64,000 nt of DNA from Verrucomicrobia bacterium UBA3841 (GTDB taxonomy: Bacteria > Verrucomicrobiota > Kiritimatiellia > RFP12 > UBA1067). Both the position numbers and the translations under genes were made by a program. This document shows, piece by piece, positions 46,360-55,445 of the stretch. The notes below the pieces were generated by a model, which made no database searches, was not told where the DNA came from, and worked only from the letters and a program-made list of their open reading frames with translations. The DNA is taken from the NCBI GenBank assembly GCA_002392765.1, contig DGHT01000014.1:38951-102950 (forward strand), read 5' to 3'. Within the stretch, counting starts at the first letter, position 1; the number at the start of each line of letters is the position of its first letter.

Positions 46360-47011
46360 TTCTGCGTTCCACCCCTTCGCGCGGTTCGCACTCCGGCGGT
46401 ATCCTCAGCGGCTCCAGGGGGGAGTCGTCCGCCGGAAGAGCCTGCCACGCGGCGGAATAGACGCTCATGCCGCGCTCGCGGAATTTAGTCTCGAACTCCG
46501 TCCACACTTCTCTCGGCCTCGGCATGGGGTCGACGCGCAGGAAGCGCGGATCGGACGAAAAGCATTCCTCCACCGTCCCGAAATACTCCGCGTGGTCTGT
46601 CGCGAACTCGATCCTGCCGCCGATCTCCAGCCGCTTCCAGAGCGCATTGAGAAACAGCGGCCCGAAGAGTCTGTGCGAATGATGTCTCTTCTTGGGCCAC
46701 GGATCCGGAAAGAACACGTACACCCGCCTCGCTCCGTGCTCCGGCAGCAGATAGTGGAATACGTAAAGCGCTTCGAGCCTCACGATCTTCACGTTGTCGA
46801 GCCCCGCGCGCCTTACTTTGTTCGCGAAAAGCCTTACGCGGCCGAGCATTCTTTCTATGCCCAGAAAAGCGCAGTCGCGGTTCGCCGCCGCGCGGGCGGT
46901 CAGAAACGACCCTTTGCCGGAACCGACTTCGACTTCGAGAGGGGAAGGGAGGTCGAACGGCTTGCAGATGTCGGCCACCCGTATCACAGGGTCTATATCT
47001 TGAAGAAGCAT
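46340..47011 (-). CDS. trmB: tRNA (guanine-N7)-methyltransferase
   Basis: ORF 46340..47224 is over-extended. ATG 47011 gives MLLQDIDPVIR..EVGSGKGSFL..FFPDPWPKKRHHSHRLF. The stop TAG lies inside the last CCCTACC of the 60-bp repeat. Confidence 0.85.
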   Translation of the reverse strand: MLLQDIDPVIRVADICKPFDLPSPLEVEVGSGKGSFLTARAAANRDCAFLGIERMLGRVRLFANKVRRAGLDNVKIVRLEALYVFHYLLPEHGARRVYVFFPDPWPKKRHHSHRLFGPLFLNALWKRLEIGGRIEFATDHAEYFGTVEECFSSDPRFLRVDPMPRPREVWTEFETKFRERGMSVYSAAWQALPADDSPLEPLRIPPECEPREGVERRTAASKR

Positions 47012-47469
47012 AGGTATATCGTCCAGTTGATGCAAAGCGAATAAAGATTCGCCGCGAAATCGTCGATCACTATTCCAAGTCCGCCGTCGATCGACTGGAG
47101 CTGGCGCGCCGGCGGCGGCTTGACTATATCCACAAGGCGCACCACCGCGAAGAAAACGAGAACCGCCTTCCAGGAAAGCGCCGCAAGCGGCAGACCGGCG
47201 ACGGCGAGAGGGAAAAGCATCCACTCGTCGGCGGTTATTCTTCCGTCGTCCTTGATGCCGAGAGTTTTCTCGGCCGACGAGCAGACGGGCACCGCCAGCG
47301 CGGCGAGCGCGAGCGCCGCCGCGATCTGGACGGAAAGCGGGAAGCGCGACAGGACGAGCGCGAGCGCGACCCCGGGCAGGCTTCCGAATGTCCCGGGAGC
47401 GAACGGGACGAACAGTCCGATACCGAATCCAGTAGCGGTGAAAAGCAGGAATTTTCTGAAAAAGCCCAT
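46993..47469 (-). CDS. pgpA: Phosphatidylglycerophosphatase A
   Basis: Start at ATG 47469 (MGFFRKFLLFTATGFGIGL..APGTFGSLPG..VDIVKPPP), 158 aa. ATGA overlap with tsaB and 19-nt overlap with trmB. Confidence 0.8.
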   Translation of the reverse strand: MGFFRKFLLFTATGFGIGLFVPFAPGTFGSLPGVALALVLSRFPLSVQIAAALALAALAVPVCSSAEKTLGIKDDGRITADEWMLFPLAVAGLPLAALSWKAVLVFFAVVRLVDIVKPPPARQLQSIDGGLGIVIDDFAANLYSLCINWTIYLCFFKI

Positions 47470-48074
47470 CACGCCTCCCTTACCGCAGGGTTGAGGTATA
47501 TCGGAGCGGGGTTGCTTTCCAGGAGCGAGGGATTGGCCGCTGCGGCCATAGCCAGCCCCCCGGCAGACGGCAGCCTCTCGCCGAGGCAGCGTTCGCCGAA
47601 AATCGAAGAAAGTTCGCCGCCGATCCTCTGCGCGTCGGGCGTCACTACCGCGTATCCGTCCGGAATCGCGGACGCGAGCGCGTCGGCGGCAACCTGGAAA
47701 ACGGGACGCTCGAGCCTGAAACCGTCGAAAAGAGCAATCCACCTTTTACCGCGGCGGGCGTCCCCCGCTACCGCGAGCCTGACGCCCGGCGAAGCGAGAG
47801 CGCACGGGGACGGAATTCCGCAGACTCTGCATCCGGTTCCGGCCGCGTAGCCCAGCGCGAAAGCGAGAGCGGACCGGATGCCGGCGAACGATCCGGGCCC
47901 GGTTCCGACGACGATCGTCCCGATTTGGTTTTCGCCGATGAACCGCTGCAAGGACGCCGCCCACCCTCCGCTCCTCGGATCCATGTCGCCGAATTCGGCT
48001 GTCTTCACGCCGGACGCGTCCGACAGCGCGACGCTCTGGCGTTTCGACGAACGGTCTATGTATAGTACGCTCAT
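47469..48074 (-). CDS. tsaB: tRNA threonylcarbamoyladenosine biosynthesis protein TsaB
   Basis: Start at ATG 48074 (MSVLYIDRSS..), 201 aa. The GTGPGSFAGIRSALAFALG motif is present. Confidence 0.8.
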   Translation of the reverse strand: MSVLYIDRSSKRQSVALSDASGVKTAEFGDMDPRSGGWAASLQRFIGENQIGTIVVGTGPGSFAGIRSALAFALGYAAGTGCRVCGIPSPCALASPGVRLAVAGDARRGKRWIALFDGFRLERPVFQVAADALASAIPDGYAVVTPDAQRIGGELSSIFGERCLGERLPSAGGLAMAAAANPSLLESNPAPIYLNPAVREA

Positions 48075-49573
48075 TTGTTTTCCGTCCTGAGATATTTTTC
48101 GTGTCCGTACGGGAAATCGCCGGGGATGTAGTTCAGCACGCCCGGACGCACGAGTGAATAGTTCTTGGTGTAATGCATGAATATCCAGGGACGGTCCGAA
48201 CGCACGATCCGCTGGCATTCGGCCCAGTGCGCATTGCGCTCCGCGGGATCCGCGCATTCCATCGCCAGGTCGTACTCCCTGTCGTAGGCGGGATTGGAAT
48301 ATGAGGAATGGTTCGGGCCGGGGCTTGAATTCGACGAATGGAAGAGCTGGAGGAAATTCTCCGGATCGGGATAGTCGCCGACCCATCCGAGCATGTGCAT
48401 CTGGGTGTGGCCCTTGTTCACTGCGGAAAGGAAGGCGTCCCAGGTCTTGAAGTCAAGCTTGATCTCAACGCCGGCTGCGGCGAAAAAACTCGCGAGAAGT
48501 TCGCCGGCCTCGCGGCTGTCCTGGGTGGGACGTCCGATCGAGAGCGTCAGCTTGAGGCGCCTTCCCGTGGCAGGATCGATGCCGCCGGGATAGCCCGCCT
48601 CCGCCATAAGGCTGCGCGAACGTTCGATGTCGAAAGCGTATTCGCCGGGGGCTTCGAGGCGGCCTTCGACCCCGGGAGGGACGGGACCGTCCGCCGGTTC
48701 TATGCTTCCGTTGTAGAACGCCTTCCACGTCGCCGAATCGAAAGCGCACGAAAGCGCCCTTCTGAGCGCGGGATTGCCGCCGACGACAGGGTCGTTCATG
48801 TTGAAGCCGATGTACCGGACTTCCATCGCCGGCCGTCCGCCGCACAACCTCACGCCCGCCGCGGACAGGCGTCCGTCGAGATTCCCGGAAGAGTCTATCA
48901 CGGCGCCCCAGTTGTCGCGCGCGATTTCACCGAGATAGTCCAGTTCGCCTTTCAAAAACATGAGCCACTGCGTAGACGTGTCGTCGACCGTGAGGAAACG
49001 GATTTTCGAGTACGGTTCGCCGGGGACTCCGCATGGTTTGCTCCAGCCGCGCCACTCGCGGTTTATCGCAAACACCATTTCGTGGTTCCTCCACCAGGAT
49101 TCGAGAGTGTACGGCCCGGTGCCGGATCCGTCCTCGCGCATCACGGAACAGTACGGCATGGCGATCAGCCACGGGAATACATGCTGGCGTTTCTTGAGGA
49201 CTATGCGCACGATGGAGTCTCCCTCCCCGGCGACTGACGACACGTTCTTCATCGTCCAGCTCCCGGACGAAGGATTGGCGGGGTCGGTCAGGCGCTTTAC
49301 GGCGCGCACTACATCCGCCGCGCGCACCGGCGCGTCCGGGACCATGCGGAAAACGTACTCGAGACCGTCTGCGGAAACATCCGGCAGTTCGCACACGCCG
49401 GGGATCAATCTGTACGGGCGCGCGGCATAGTCGATTTCAAGGGGCGTTTCGTAGACGAGCGCGACGGCTTTCGAATCGTACACGCTCTGTGCCTCGACCG
49501 GGTCCATCGAATCGACGCGCTCCATCGCCCTGGTGAAGACCGATGCCGCAATGACAGCAGCCGCGAATGTCAT
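48071..49573 (-). CDS. ABC transporter substrate-binding protein, family 5 (peptide/nickel type)
   Basis: 500 aa. ..YETPLEIDY..PYRLIPGV..LEYVFRM.. and ..GWVGDYPDPENFL.. are typical of SBP_bac_5 by eye. No cognate permease or ATPase is adjacent. Confidence 0.75.
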   Translation of the reverse strand: MTFAAAVIAASVFTRAMERVDSMDPVEAQSVYDSKAVALVYETPLEIDYAARPYRLIPGVCELPDVSADGLEYVFRMVPDAPVRAADVVRAVKRLTDPANPSSGSWTMKNVSSVAGEGDSIVRIVLKKRQHVFPWLIAMPYCSVMREDGSGTGPYTLESWWRNHEMVFAINREWRGWSKPCGVPGEPYSKIRFLTVDDTSTQWLMFLKGELDYLGEIARDNWGAVIDSSGNLDGRLSAAGVRLCGGRPAMEVRYIGFNMNDPVVGGNPALRRALSCAFDSATWKAFYNGSIEPADGPVPPGVEGRLEAPGEYAFDIERSRSLMAEAGYPGGIDPATGRRLKLTLSIGRPTQDSREAGELLASFFAAAGVEIKLDFKTWDAFLSAVNKGHTQMHMLGWVGDYPDPENFLQLFHSSNSSPGPNHSSYSNPAYDREYDLAMECADPAERNAHWAECQRIVRSDRPWIFMHYTKNYSLVRPGVLNYIPGDFPYGHEKYLRTENK

Positions 49574-49902
49574 GTCCGTATCTCCAGAATCAGTTTAAGT
49601 TTCTTCGGCGCGCCCTCGAGCGACATGAGCTTCTTTCGCACGGCGGGCAGGCGCGGGTTGAGCGCGAAAAGATGCGGCGCGCTTTTGACGTACAGAACCA
49701 GCTTCCCGTCTTCGTACCTGCCGGGACGGGCCGAAAATCCGGGAAAAAGCGCGCTCCATCTATCGGCGATCGAATCGAAGAATTCGCTGCGGGCGGCGGA
49801 AATCTCCCTCGCGGCCGCCTCCACCGCCGTTCTGAACGTCGCGTGGCGTCCTCTTTTGTCCGGCTCCAGGGGAAGCCAATCGATGCCGTCTTCCAGTACC
49901 AT
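49570..49902 (-). CDS. DUF721 (DciA-like) small protein
   Basis: Start at ATG 49902, 110 aa. DRWSALFPGFSARPGRYEDGKLVLYVKSAPHLFALNPRLPAVRKKLMSL..KLKLILEI follows the DUF721 pattern. ATGA overlap with the downstream gene. Confidence 0.6.
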   Translation of the reverse strand: MVLEDGIDWLPLEPDKRGRHATFRTAVEAAAREISAARSEFFDSIADRWSALFPGFSARPGRYEDGKLVLYVKSAPHLFALNPRLPAVRKKLMSLEGAPKKLKLILEIRT

Positions 49903-49907
49903 GCCGT

Positions 49908-51902
49908 CTATTTCTGGTGCTGCATGTCGCAGAGTTTGCGGTAGACGCCGTTTCGCGCGTAAAGTTCGTCGTGCGTGCCGCGCTCGACGATCTCGCCATC
50001 CTGCATCACGAGAATCAGATCCGCGTTGCGGATGGTCGAAAGCCGGTGCGCGATGGCGAACGTGGTGCGGTCTTTCATCAGCCTGTTTATGGCGTCCTGG
50101 ACAAGACGTTCCGTCACCGTATCCAGGGCGCTCGTGGCCTCGTCCAGAATCAGAATCGGCGGATTGCGCAGAATAGCCCGCGCGATCGCGATGCGCTGGC
50201 GCTCGCCTCCGGAAAGCGAAAAACCCTTTTCGCCCGCGAGCCGCGAATACCCCTCTGGCTGCGACATTATGAAATCGTGCGCGTTCGCCATTTTGGCAGC
50301 GGCGATGACGTCCTCCAGGGTGGCGTCGGGACTGCCGTACCTGATGTTCGCCTCGATCGTGTCGTTGAAAAGGAGCGTTTCCTGCTGCACCGAACCGATC
50401 AGTCTGCGCAGATCGGAAACTTTCAGGTCCCTGAGATCGATTCCGTCCATCTCGATCGAACCCGAAGCCGGATCGAAGAACCTGGCGAGGAGCGAACTCA
50501 TCGTCGACTTGCCGCTCCCGGTGCCGCCGACGACCGCCACGATACTGCCGCGCGGGATTTCGAACGTCGCCCCGTGCACGGCATCCCTGTCCGCGGTTTC
50601 GTACCTGAACGAGACGTTCTTGAACGATATCGACGTGTCGAACGTTTTCTTCGAAACGGCGGACGGCTTTTCGGGCAGTTCCATGTCGACGTCCATTATC
50701 GACCATATTCTCCCGAGCGCCGCGCGCCCTTGTTCGATCTGCACCTGCAGCTTTGAGAGCTGCTTGAGGGGTCTGTATATCAGCAGCAGCGGGGCGAGCA
50801 TGGGGATGATCATCGAAAGCTTCACGCCGGTGAAGAAGCACCATACGACAAAAGCGCAGATGAGGATTATGCCGACCGTTTCGACCGCAGGCCCCACTAG
50901 AAGCCCCCACCTCAGCGCCCTCAAGGTCGCTTTCAGGGTCTGGTCGTTGGCATGCTCGTACTTTTCGCACTCGTAGCTTCCCGTGTCGTACGCCTTTACG
51001 ACTTTGATGCAAGTCAGTATCTCGTGGATCCTGCTGCCGACGACGGAAAAGCGCTCGAGCGCCTTTTTACTCCATTTGCGGATTCTCTTGGAAAGGAACA
51101 CGACAGGTATCATGAACATCGGGAAACCGATGACTATCATGCCGAGCGTGGGGAGCATGTCGTTCTTCACGGCCGAATAGATTATGAACCCCACCGAAAC
51201 AAGTATCTCGAACGGCGCCTGTGCGAGTTCCTGCAGAACGTGCTGTATGACGAGCTGCACCTGGTGCGGATCGGACGTGCAGCGGCTCATCAGCTGGCCT
51301 ATGTCGATACGGCCGTGGAACTCAAGCCCCTGGCGCTGGACGTGCTCGAGGATGTCGCATCTTATGTCCCTCACCGTGCGCATGCCCGCCCAGGCGAGAC
51401 AGTAATGGTTGAGAAAGACGAGCACGCACCTCAAAAGGGCGAAAAGCGGCACGATCACGATTATCGCGAAAAGAAGCGGCAGCCCGAGAGCGTCGTCTTC
51501 GTCCTGCATCTCGATTCCGAATTTCGCGGCGATGTTCCTGATCTTTCCGTACTGTTTCGACAGCCCCTTCGCCTTCTTCGCGCCGGCGTCCTCGGCTGGA
51601 ACTTCCTGGGCCGGAGCCTGCTCAACGGCGTGCGCCGCGTCCGGGTTCGCGGGGGATGCGGGGGCTGCGGCTTCGGGCTCCGCGGCTGAAGCGGGTTTGC
51701 CCGCCGTCTCCACGCGGGAAAGAGTCGGTTGTATGACGCTGAAAAACGGAAGGAGCGTGCCGGCCGTCAGCACGCCGCAGACGATTCCGGCGATTATGCG
51801 GGATTTGTACTTCCTCGCATAGCCCCATACGCGGCCGTAAGCCTCCTTCGCACCGTATTCGCGGTCGAAGAACTCCTTGCGGTAAGTTGTTTTCTTTGAC
51901 AT
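49908..51902 (-). CDS. ABC transporter, fused permease/ATPase of the MsbA/lipid-exporter type
   Basis: 664 aa. Six-TM ABC_membrane region, Walker A GGTGSGKST, signature LSGGERQR and Walker B ILILDEATSALD. An Ala/Pro/Glu-rich insert of about 70 aa follows TM1. Confidence 0.85.
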   Translation of the reverse strand: MSKKTTYRKEFFDREYGAKEAYGRVWGYARKYKSRIIAGIVCGVLTAGTLLPFFSVIQPTLSRVETAGKPASAAEPEAAAPASPANPDAAHAVEQAPAQEVPAEDAGAKKAKGLSKQYGKIRNIAAKFGIEMQDEDDALGLPLLFAIIVIVPLFALLRCVLVFLNHYCLAWAGMRTVRDIRCDILEHVQRQGLEFHGRIDIGQLMSRCTSDPHQVQLVIQHVLQELAQAPFEILVSVGFIIYSAVKNDMLPTLGMIVIGFPMFMIPVVFLSKRIRKWSKKALERFSVVGSRIHEILTCIKVVKAYDTGSYECEKYEHANDQTLKATLRALRWGLLVGPAVETVGIILICAFVVWCFFTGVKLSMIIPMLAPLLLIYRPLKQLSKLQVQIEQGRAALGRIWSIMDVDMELPEKPSAVSKKTFDTSISFKNVSFRYETADRDAVHGATFEIPRGSIVAVVGGTGSGKSTMSSLLARFFDPASGSIEMDGIDLRDLKVSDLRRLIGSVQQETLLFNDTIEANIRYGSPDATLEDVIAAAKMANAHDFIMSQPEGYSRLAGEKGFSLSGGERQRIAIARAILRNPPILILDEATSALDTVTERLVQDAINRLMKDRTTFAIAHRLSTIRNADLILVMQDGEIVERGTHDELYARNGVYRKLCDMQHQK

Positions 51903-51905
51903 GTG

Positions 51906-52373
51906 TCAATCCAGGAGGACGGCTGCATGCACGGCTATGCCGAGTCCCGCGCCGACGTCATCCATCCTTTCGTTCGTTTTACCCTTCACGCTCACCCGGC
52001 CGACGTCGATTCCCATCGCGTCAGCGAGCGATTTCCTGATATCTTCCCTGTACGGGGCGAGCCTCGGCCTCTCGCAGACCACCGTGGCGTCGACGTTGCC
52101 GATCGAATATCCCGCCGCGGCCACTTCCGCCGCCGCCGCCCGCAGAAGACGCATCGAATCCGCGCCTTTCCACTGCGGGGAAGAGTCGGGGAAATGACCG
52201 CCTATGTCCCCGAGCGCCGCCGCGCCGAACAGGGCGTCGATAACCGCGTGCGCAAGAACGTCGCCGTCGGAATGGGCCTTGAGTCCCGGACAGTCCGGAA
52301 TCTCCACGCCGCCTAGCACCAGCCGCCGGCCGTCTTCGAATACATGGCTGTCGTAACCGGTCCCTATTCTCAT
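51906..52373 (-). CDS. ispF: 2-C-methyl-D-erythritol 2,4-cyclodiphosphate synthase
   Basis: Start taken at ATG 52373 (MRIGTGYDSHVF..HSDGDVLAHAVIDALFGAAALGDIG), 155 aa. ATGA overlap with dapA. Confidence 0.9.
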   Translation of the reverse strand: MRIGTGYDSHVFEDGRRLVLGGVEIPDCPGLKAHSDGDVLAHAVIDALFGAAALGDIGGHFPDSSPQWKGADSMRLLRAAAAEVAAAGYSIGNVDATVVCERPRLAPYREDIRKSLADAMGIDVGRVSVKGKTNERMDDVGAGLGIAVHAAVLLD

Positions 52374-53248
52374 TTCAGCAGGCCGGCCGCGCGCAAAGTG
52401 CCGCGCATTCTCTCGAGACACGTTTCAGTCGTTTCGCAAAGAGGCAGTCTGAACACCCTTTCGATGCGTCCCATGAGCGCCAGCGCCTCCTTCACCATCA
52501 CGGGATTCACGTCTATGAACAAATCCCTGAAAAGCGGATAGTACCTGTCGTGCAACTCGAGCGCCTTCGCGAAATCGCCGGCGAGAGCCAGACGGACCAT
52601 GTCGCCCATTTCTTTCGGGATGATATTGGAGGCCACGGATATGACGCCTCTGGCCCCCACCGAAATCATCGCCAGCGCCAGGGAGTCGTCGCCGGAGAGG
52701 ACGGTCAGCGAAGGCGCCGCGTGCCTCACCGCGCTGACGCGCTCGACGGATCCCGCCGCCTCTTTTATCGCGACGATGTTCGGGTGCGCGGAAAGCCTCG
52801 CCGCGACATCCACCGGGATGTCCCTTCCCGCGCGCCCGGGCACGTTGTAGAGAATCACCGGAAGGCCGAGGTCCGCGACCGTCATGAAATGGCGGTAGAG
52901 GCCCTCGGCGTTCGGCTTGTTGTAGTAGGGTGTGACCTGCAGCGTTGCGCACGCTCCGCCCGAGGCGATGGCGGCCTTGGTCAGCTCCACCGCCTCTGAC
53001 GTGGAATTGGCGCCCGTCCCCGCGATGACGGGGACGCGTCCGGCGGAATACTCGACCGTTTTCGCGATCACCTCGATATGCTCGGAGTGCGAAAGTGTCG
53101 GCGATTCGCCGCTGGTCCCGACCGCGCAGATGCCTTCCACGCCCGCCTGCGCCTGCGCTTCGACAATCGACTTGAGCCGCCCGTAATCTACCGATCCGTC
53201 CTTCGAGAACGGTGTTACCATGGCGGTTATGGTTCCTTGCAGTTTCAT
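52370..53248 (-). CDS. dapA: 4-hydroxy-tetrahydrodipicolinate synthase
   Basis: 292 aa. GTITAMVTPF, VGTSGESPTLSH and YNVPGRAG are present, as is the IVAIKEA Lys region. Confidence 0.92.
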   Translation of the reverse strand: MKLQGTITAMVTPFSKDGSVDYGRLKSIVEAQAQAGVEGICAVGTSGESPTLSHSEHIEVIAKTVEYSAGRVPVIAGTGANSTSEAVELTKAAIASGGACATLQVTPYYNKPNAEGLYRHFMTVADLGLPVILYNVPGRAGRDIPVDVAARLSAHPNIVAIKEAAGSVERVSAVRHAAPSLTVLSGDDSLALAMISVGARGVISVASNIIPKEMGDMVRLALAGDFAKALELHDRYYPLFRDLFIDVNPVMVKEALALMGRIERVFRLPLCETTETCLERMRGTLRAAGLLK

Positions 53249-53288
53249 GCGGTGCAGCTCCAGTCGTTTTTCAGTTTGTCATGCGGCG

Positions 53289-54380
53289 TCAGCCGTTTTT
53301 CTTTTCGAAGTCCTTCATGAACGCCACGAGAGCGTCGACGCCCTCCATCGGGAACGCGTTGTAGATCGTGGCTCTTATGCCGCCGACGCTGCGGTGGCCT
53401 TTGAGCGAACTCATGCCGAGAGCCTTCGCGTCCGCGACGAACTTCTTCTCGAGATCTTCCGTCGGAAGACGGAACGTCACGTTCATGTCGCTGCGGAATT
53501 CGGGAAGCGCCGTGCCCTTGTAGAACGAGGACGCGTCGATCGCCGCGTATATCTTGGCGGCCTTCTCGCGGTTGAGTTTGAAGAGGTTCTCCTTGCCCAT
53601 GCGCTTGACCCACTTCATGACCTCGCCGAAAACGTATATCGCGAACGTGGGCGGCGTGTTGTAGAGGGAGTTGTTGTCGACGTGCGTGCGGTACTGTAGA
53701 AGCGTGGGGATAGACTCCGCCCCCTTCGCGGCAAGCTCCTTCTTGATGGCGACCACGCCCATTCCCGAAGGCCCGAGGTTCTTCTGCGCGCCAGCGTAGA
53801 AAAGATCGAACTTCGTGTAGTCGCGCTCGCAGCTGAGGATGTCGGAAGACATGTCGGCGAAAAGCGGGACGCCTGCCTCGGGGATTTTCTTGAGCTGCGC
53901 CCCGGAAATCGTCTCGTTCGTGCAGATGTGCGCGTACTCGGCGTCCGCGGAGAACTTCCACTCTCCGTCGCGCGGCATTCTCGTGGGGATGTCCTTCGCG
54001 CATTCGGCGACGACGTTCACTTTCGCGCCGCGTAGCGCCGCGACCTTCTGAGCCTCTTTGAGCGCTTTGCCGGACCACGTGCCCATGTTGGCGTAGTCGG
54101 CGCTCTTGCCGGCGGCAAGGAAGTTCATCGGAATCATGGCGAACTGCATCGACCCGCCCCCCTGGATGAAGCACACCTCGTAATCGTCGCCTATGCCGGT
54201 CAGTTCCTTGAACACGGCGATCGCCTCGTTGTGGATCTGGTCGTAATCCTTGCCCCTGTGCGACATCTCCATGACGGACATCCCCGTCCCCTTGTAGTCG
54301 ACAAGGTCGGCCTGCACCTGCTGCAGGACCTCGAGAGGCAGGCAGGCGGGGCCCGCCGAGAAGTTGTATGCGCGTGACAT
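53289..54380 (-). CDS. serC: Phosphoserine aminotransferase
   Basis: ORF 53289..54461. The start is taken at MSRAYNFSAGPACLP (54380), 363 aa. ..GAQKNLGPSG.. is present. Confidence 0.92.
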   Translation of the reverse strand: MSRAYNFSAGPACLPLEVLQQVQADLVDYKGTGMSVMEMSHRGKDYDQIHNEAIAVFKELTGIGDDYEVCFIQGGGSMQFAMIPMNFLAAGKSADYANMGTWSGKALKEAQKVAALRGAKVNVVAECAKDIPTRMPRDGEWKFSADAEYAHICTNETISGAQLKKIPEAGVPLFADMSSDILSCERDYTKFDLFYAGAQKNLGPSGMGVVAIKKELAAKGAESIPTLLQYRTHVDNNSLYNTPPTFAIYVFGEVMKWVKRMGKENLFKLNREKAAKIYAAIDASSFYKGTALPEFRSDMNVTFRLPTEDLEKKFVADAKALGMSSLKGHRSVGGIRATIYNAFPMEGVDALVAFMKDFEKKNG

Positions 54381-54467
54381 TTCTGTTCCTTTCGTTTGTT
54401 TAGAGTTTATCGTTGTTGTTTGTTGCGCCGCCCCCAAGAGTTTATCAAGCGGGGACGACAATCCAAT

Positions 54468-54496
54468 ATTATACTCTTTTCAAACGAATCATGCAA
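54468..54496 (-). promoter_or_regulatory. Candidate sigma70 promoter for serC
   Basis: Minus strand reads TTGCAT (54496..54491) - 17 nt - TATAAT (54473..54468), about 80 nt upstream of the ATG. Confidence 0.5.
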
Positions 54497-54603
54497 CCAG
54501 ATAACGCATTTTTGCCTCTTTCCTCCCCCATCAAAAAATGTCGCCCGGGGATTTCGCCCAGACGGGGCAAAATCCTCAGGCGGCATTTCGAACCGTCCGG
54601 TTC

Positions 54604-54894
54604 TCAGGACTGGAATGACGGCATTGGCGGTGGCGGAAGATTGAACGCCTTGCCGATGAGATTGCCGAGCGAATCGTCGCGCAGCAATGCCTCGTCCGGA
54701 ATCCCGGCCGCCTCTATCTCCTCCGCCGATACCGACGCGCGCGTTATGGTCATATTGCCAAAATCGCGCGAAACGGCGGATTTTCCCGAAGATACCGATT
54801 TTTCCGATACGGAGCCTTGAACCCCGCCGGTACCGTTTGCGAACTTCGAAACGTCGAAATTTCCATTGTTGCCGAAATTGATTTCCATTTTCAT
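54604..54894 (-). CDS. Small (94-96 aa) low-complexity protein of unknown function, downstream of the ECF sigma gene
   Basis: MKMEINFGNNGNFDVSKFANGTGGVQGSVSEKSVSSGKSAVSRDFGNMTITRASVSAEEIEAAGIPDEALLRDDSLGNLIGKAFNLPPPPMPSFQS. AAGGAGA lies directly before the first ATG, so the third-codon ATG (54888) has the better spacing. No TM segment or signal peptide, and no family recognised. Confidence 0.5.
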   Translation of the reverse strand: MKMEINFGNNGNFDVSKFANGTGGVQGSVSEKSVSSGKSAVSRDFGNMTITRASVSAEEIEAAGIPDEALLRDDSLGNLIGKAFNLPPPPMPSFQS

Positions 54895-54932
54895 TCTCCT
54901 TGTTGATCTCTGCCGTTATTACACGCATCCGT

Positions 54933-55445
54933 CTACAAGGTTACACCCATTTCAGATAAAATTTCACGCAGTTTTTCTTTGGCGCGGAAAATCCGCACCT
55001 TCACAAGGCCTTCCCCGACACCCGTCTCGGCGGCGATTTCGCGGACGGAGCGTTCGCCGACCTGGAAAAGCGTGTAAGTCTCGCGCAGCGCGGGAGGAAG
55101 GCGGGAAAAGGCGGCGACAAGCTTCTTGCGCAGGTTTCGCGTCTCCCGGACCGACTCCGAGGGCAGCTCGGCGGGACTGACGCCTCCGGCGTCCTCGTCC
55201 GTTATCTCTTCTTTGAAAGCCAAACGCCTGTCGTCACGCGCAATATTTTTGCGCAGATTGCGTGCCGTCGTGAACGCGAGACCGCTGACGGCGGCGTCGT
55301 TGTCCAGAAGATCGTCGCGCATTTTCCATATCCGCAAAAAGGTCTCCTGCACCAGATCGCACGCCTGCGCGTATGGAGAGCCCGTTGCGACAAGCCAGTT
55401 CGTGAGCCTTGGCGCTATGACCTTGTAATGTTCTTCGATATTCAT
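54933..55445 (-). CDS. ECF-type RNA polymerase sigma-70 family factor
   Basis: Start at ATG 55445 (ATGA overlap with the sctU stop), 170 aa. Region 2 DLVQETFLRIWK and region 4 ..TYTLFQVGERSVREIAAETGVGEGLVKVRIFRAKEKLR are present. Confidence 0.85.
   Translation of the reverse strand: MNIEEHYKVIAPRLTNWLVATGSPYAQACDLVQETFLRIWKMRDDLLDNDAAVSGLAFTTARNLRKNIARDDRRLAFKEEITDEDAGGVSPAELPSESVRETRNLRKKLVAAFSRLPPALRETYTLFQVGERSVREIAAETGVGEGLVKVRIFRAKEKLREILSEMGVTL

Noticed and set aside
54604-54894. Calling the small protein FlgM
   Set aside because: Its size, the MK(I/M).. start and the low-complexity N-terminal half fit FlgM. However, the conserved C-terminal sigma28-binding helix pattern (..I..G.Y.VD...IA..) is absent and the partner sigma is ECF-type, so it is kept as hypothetical.
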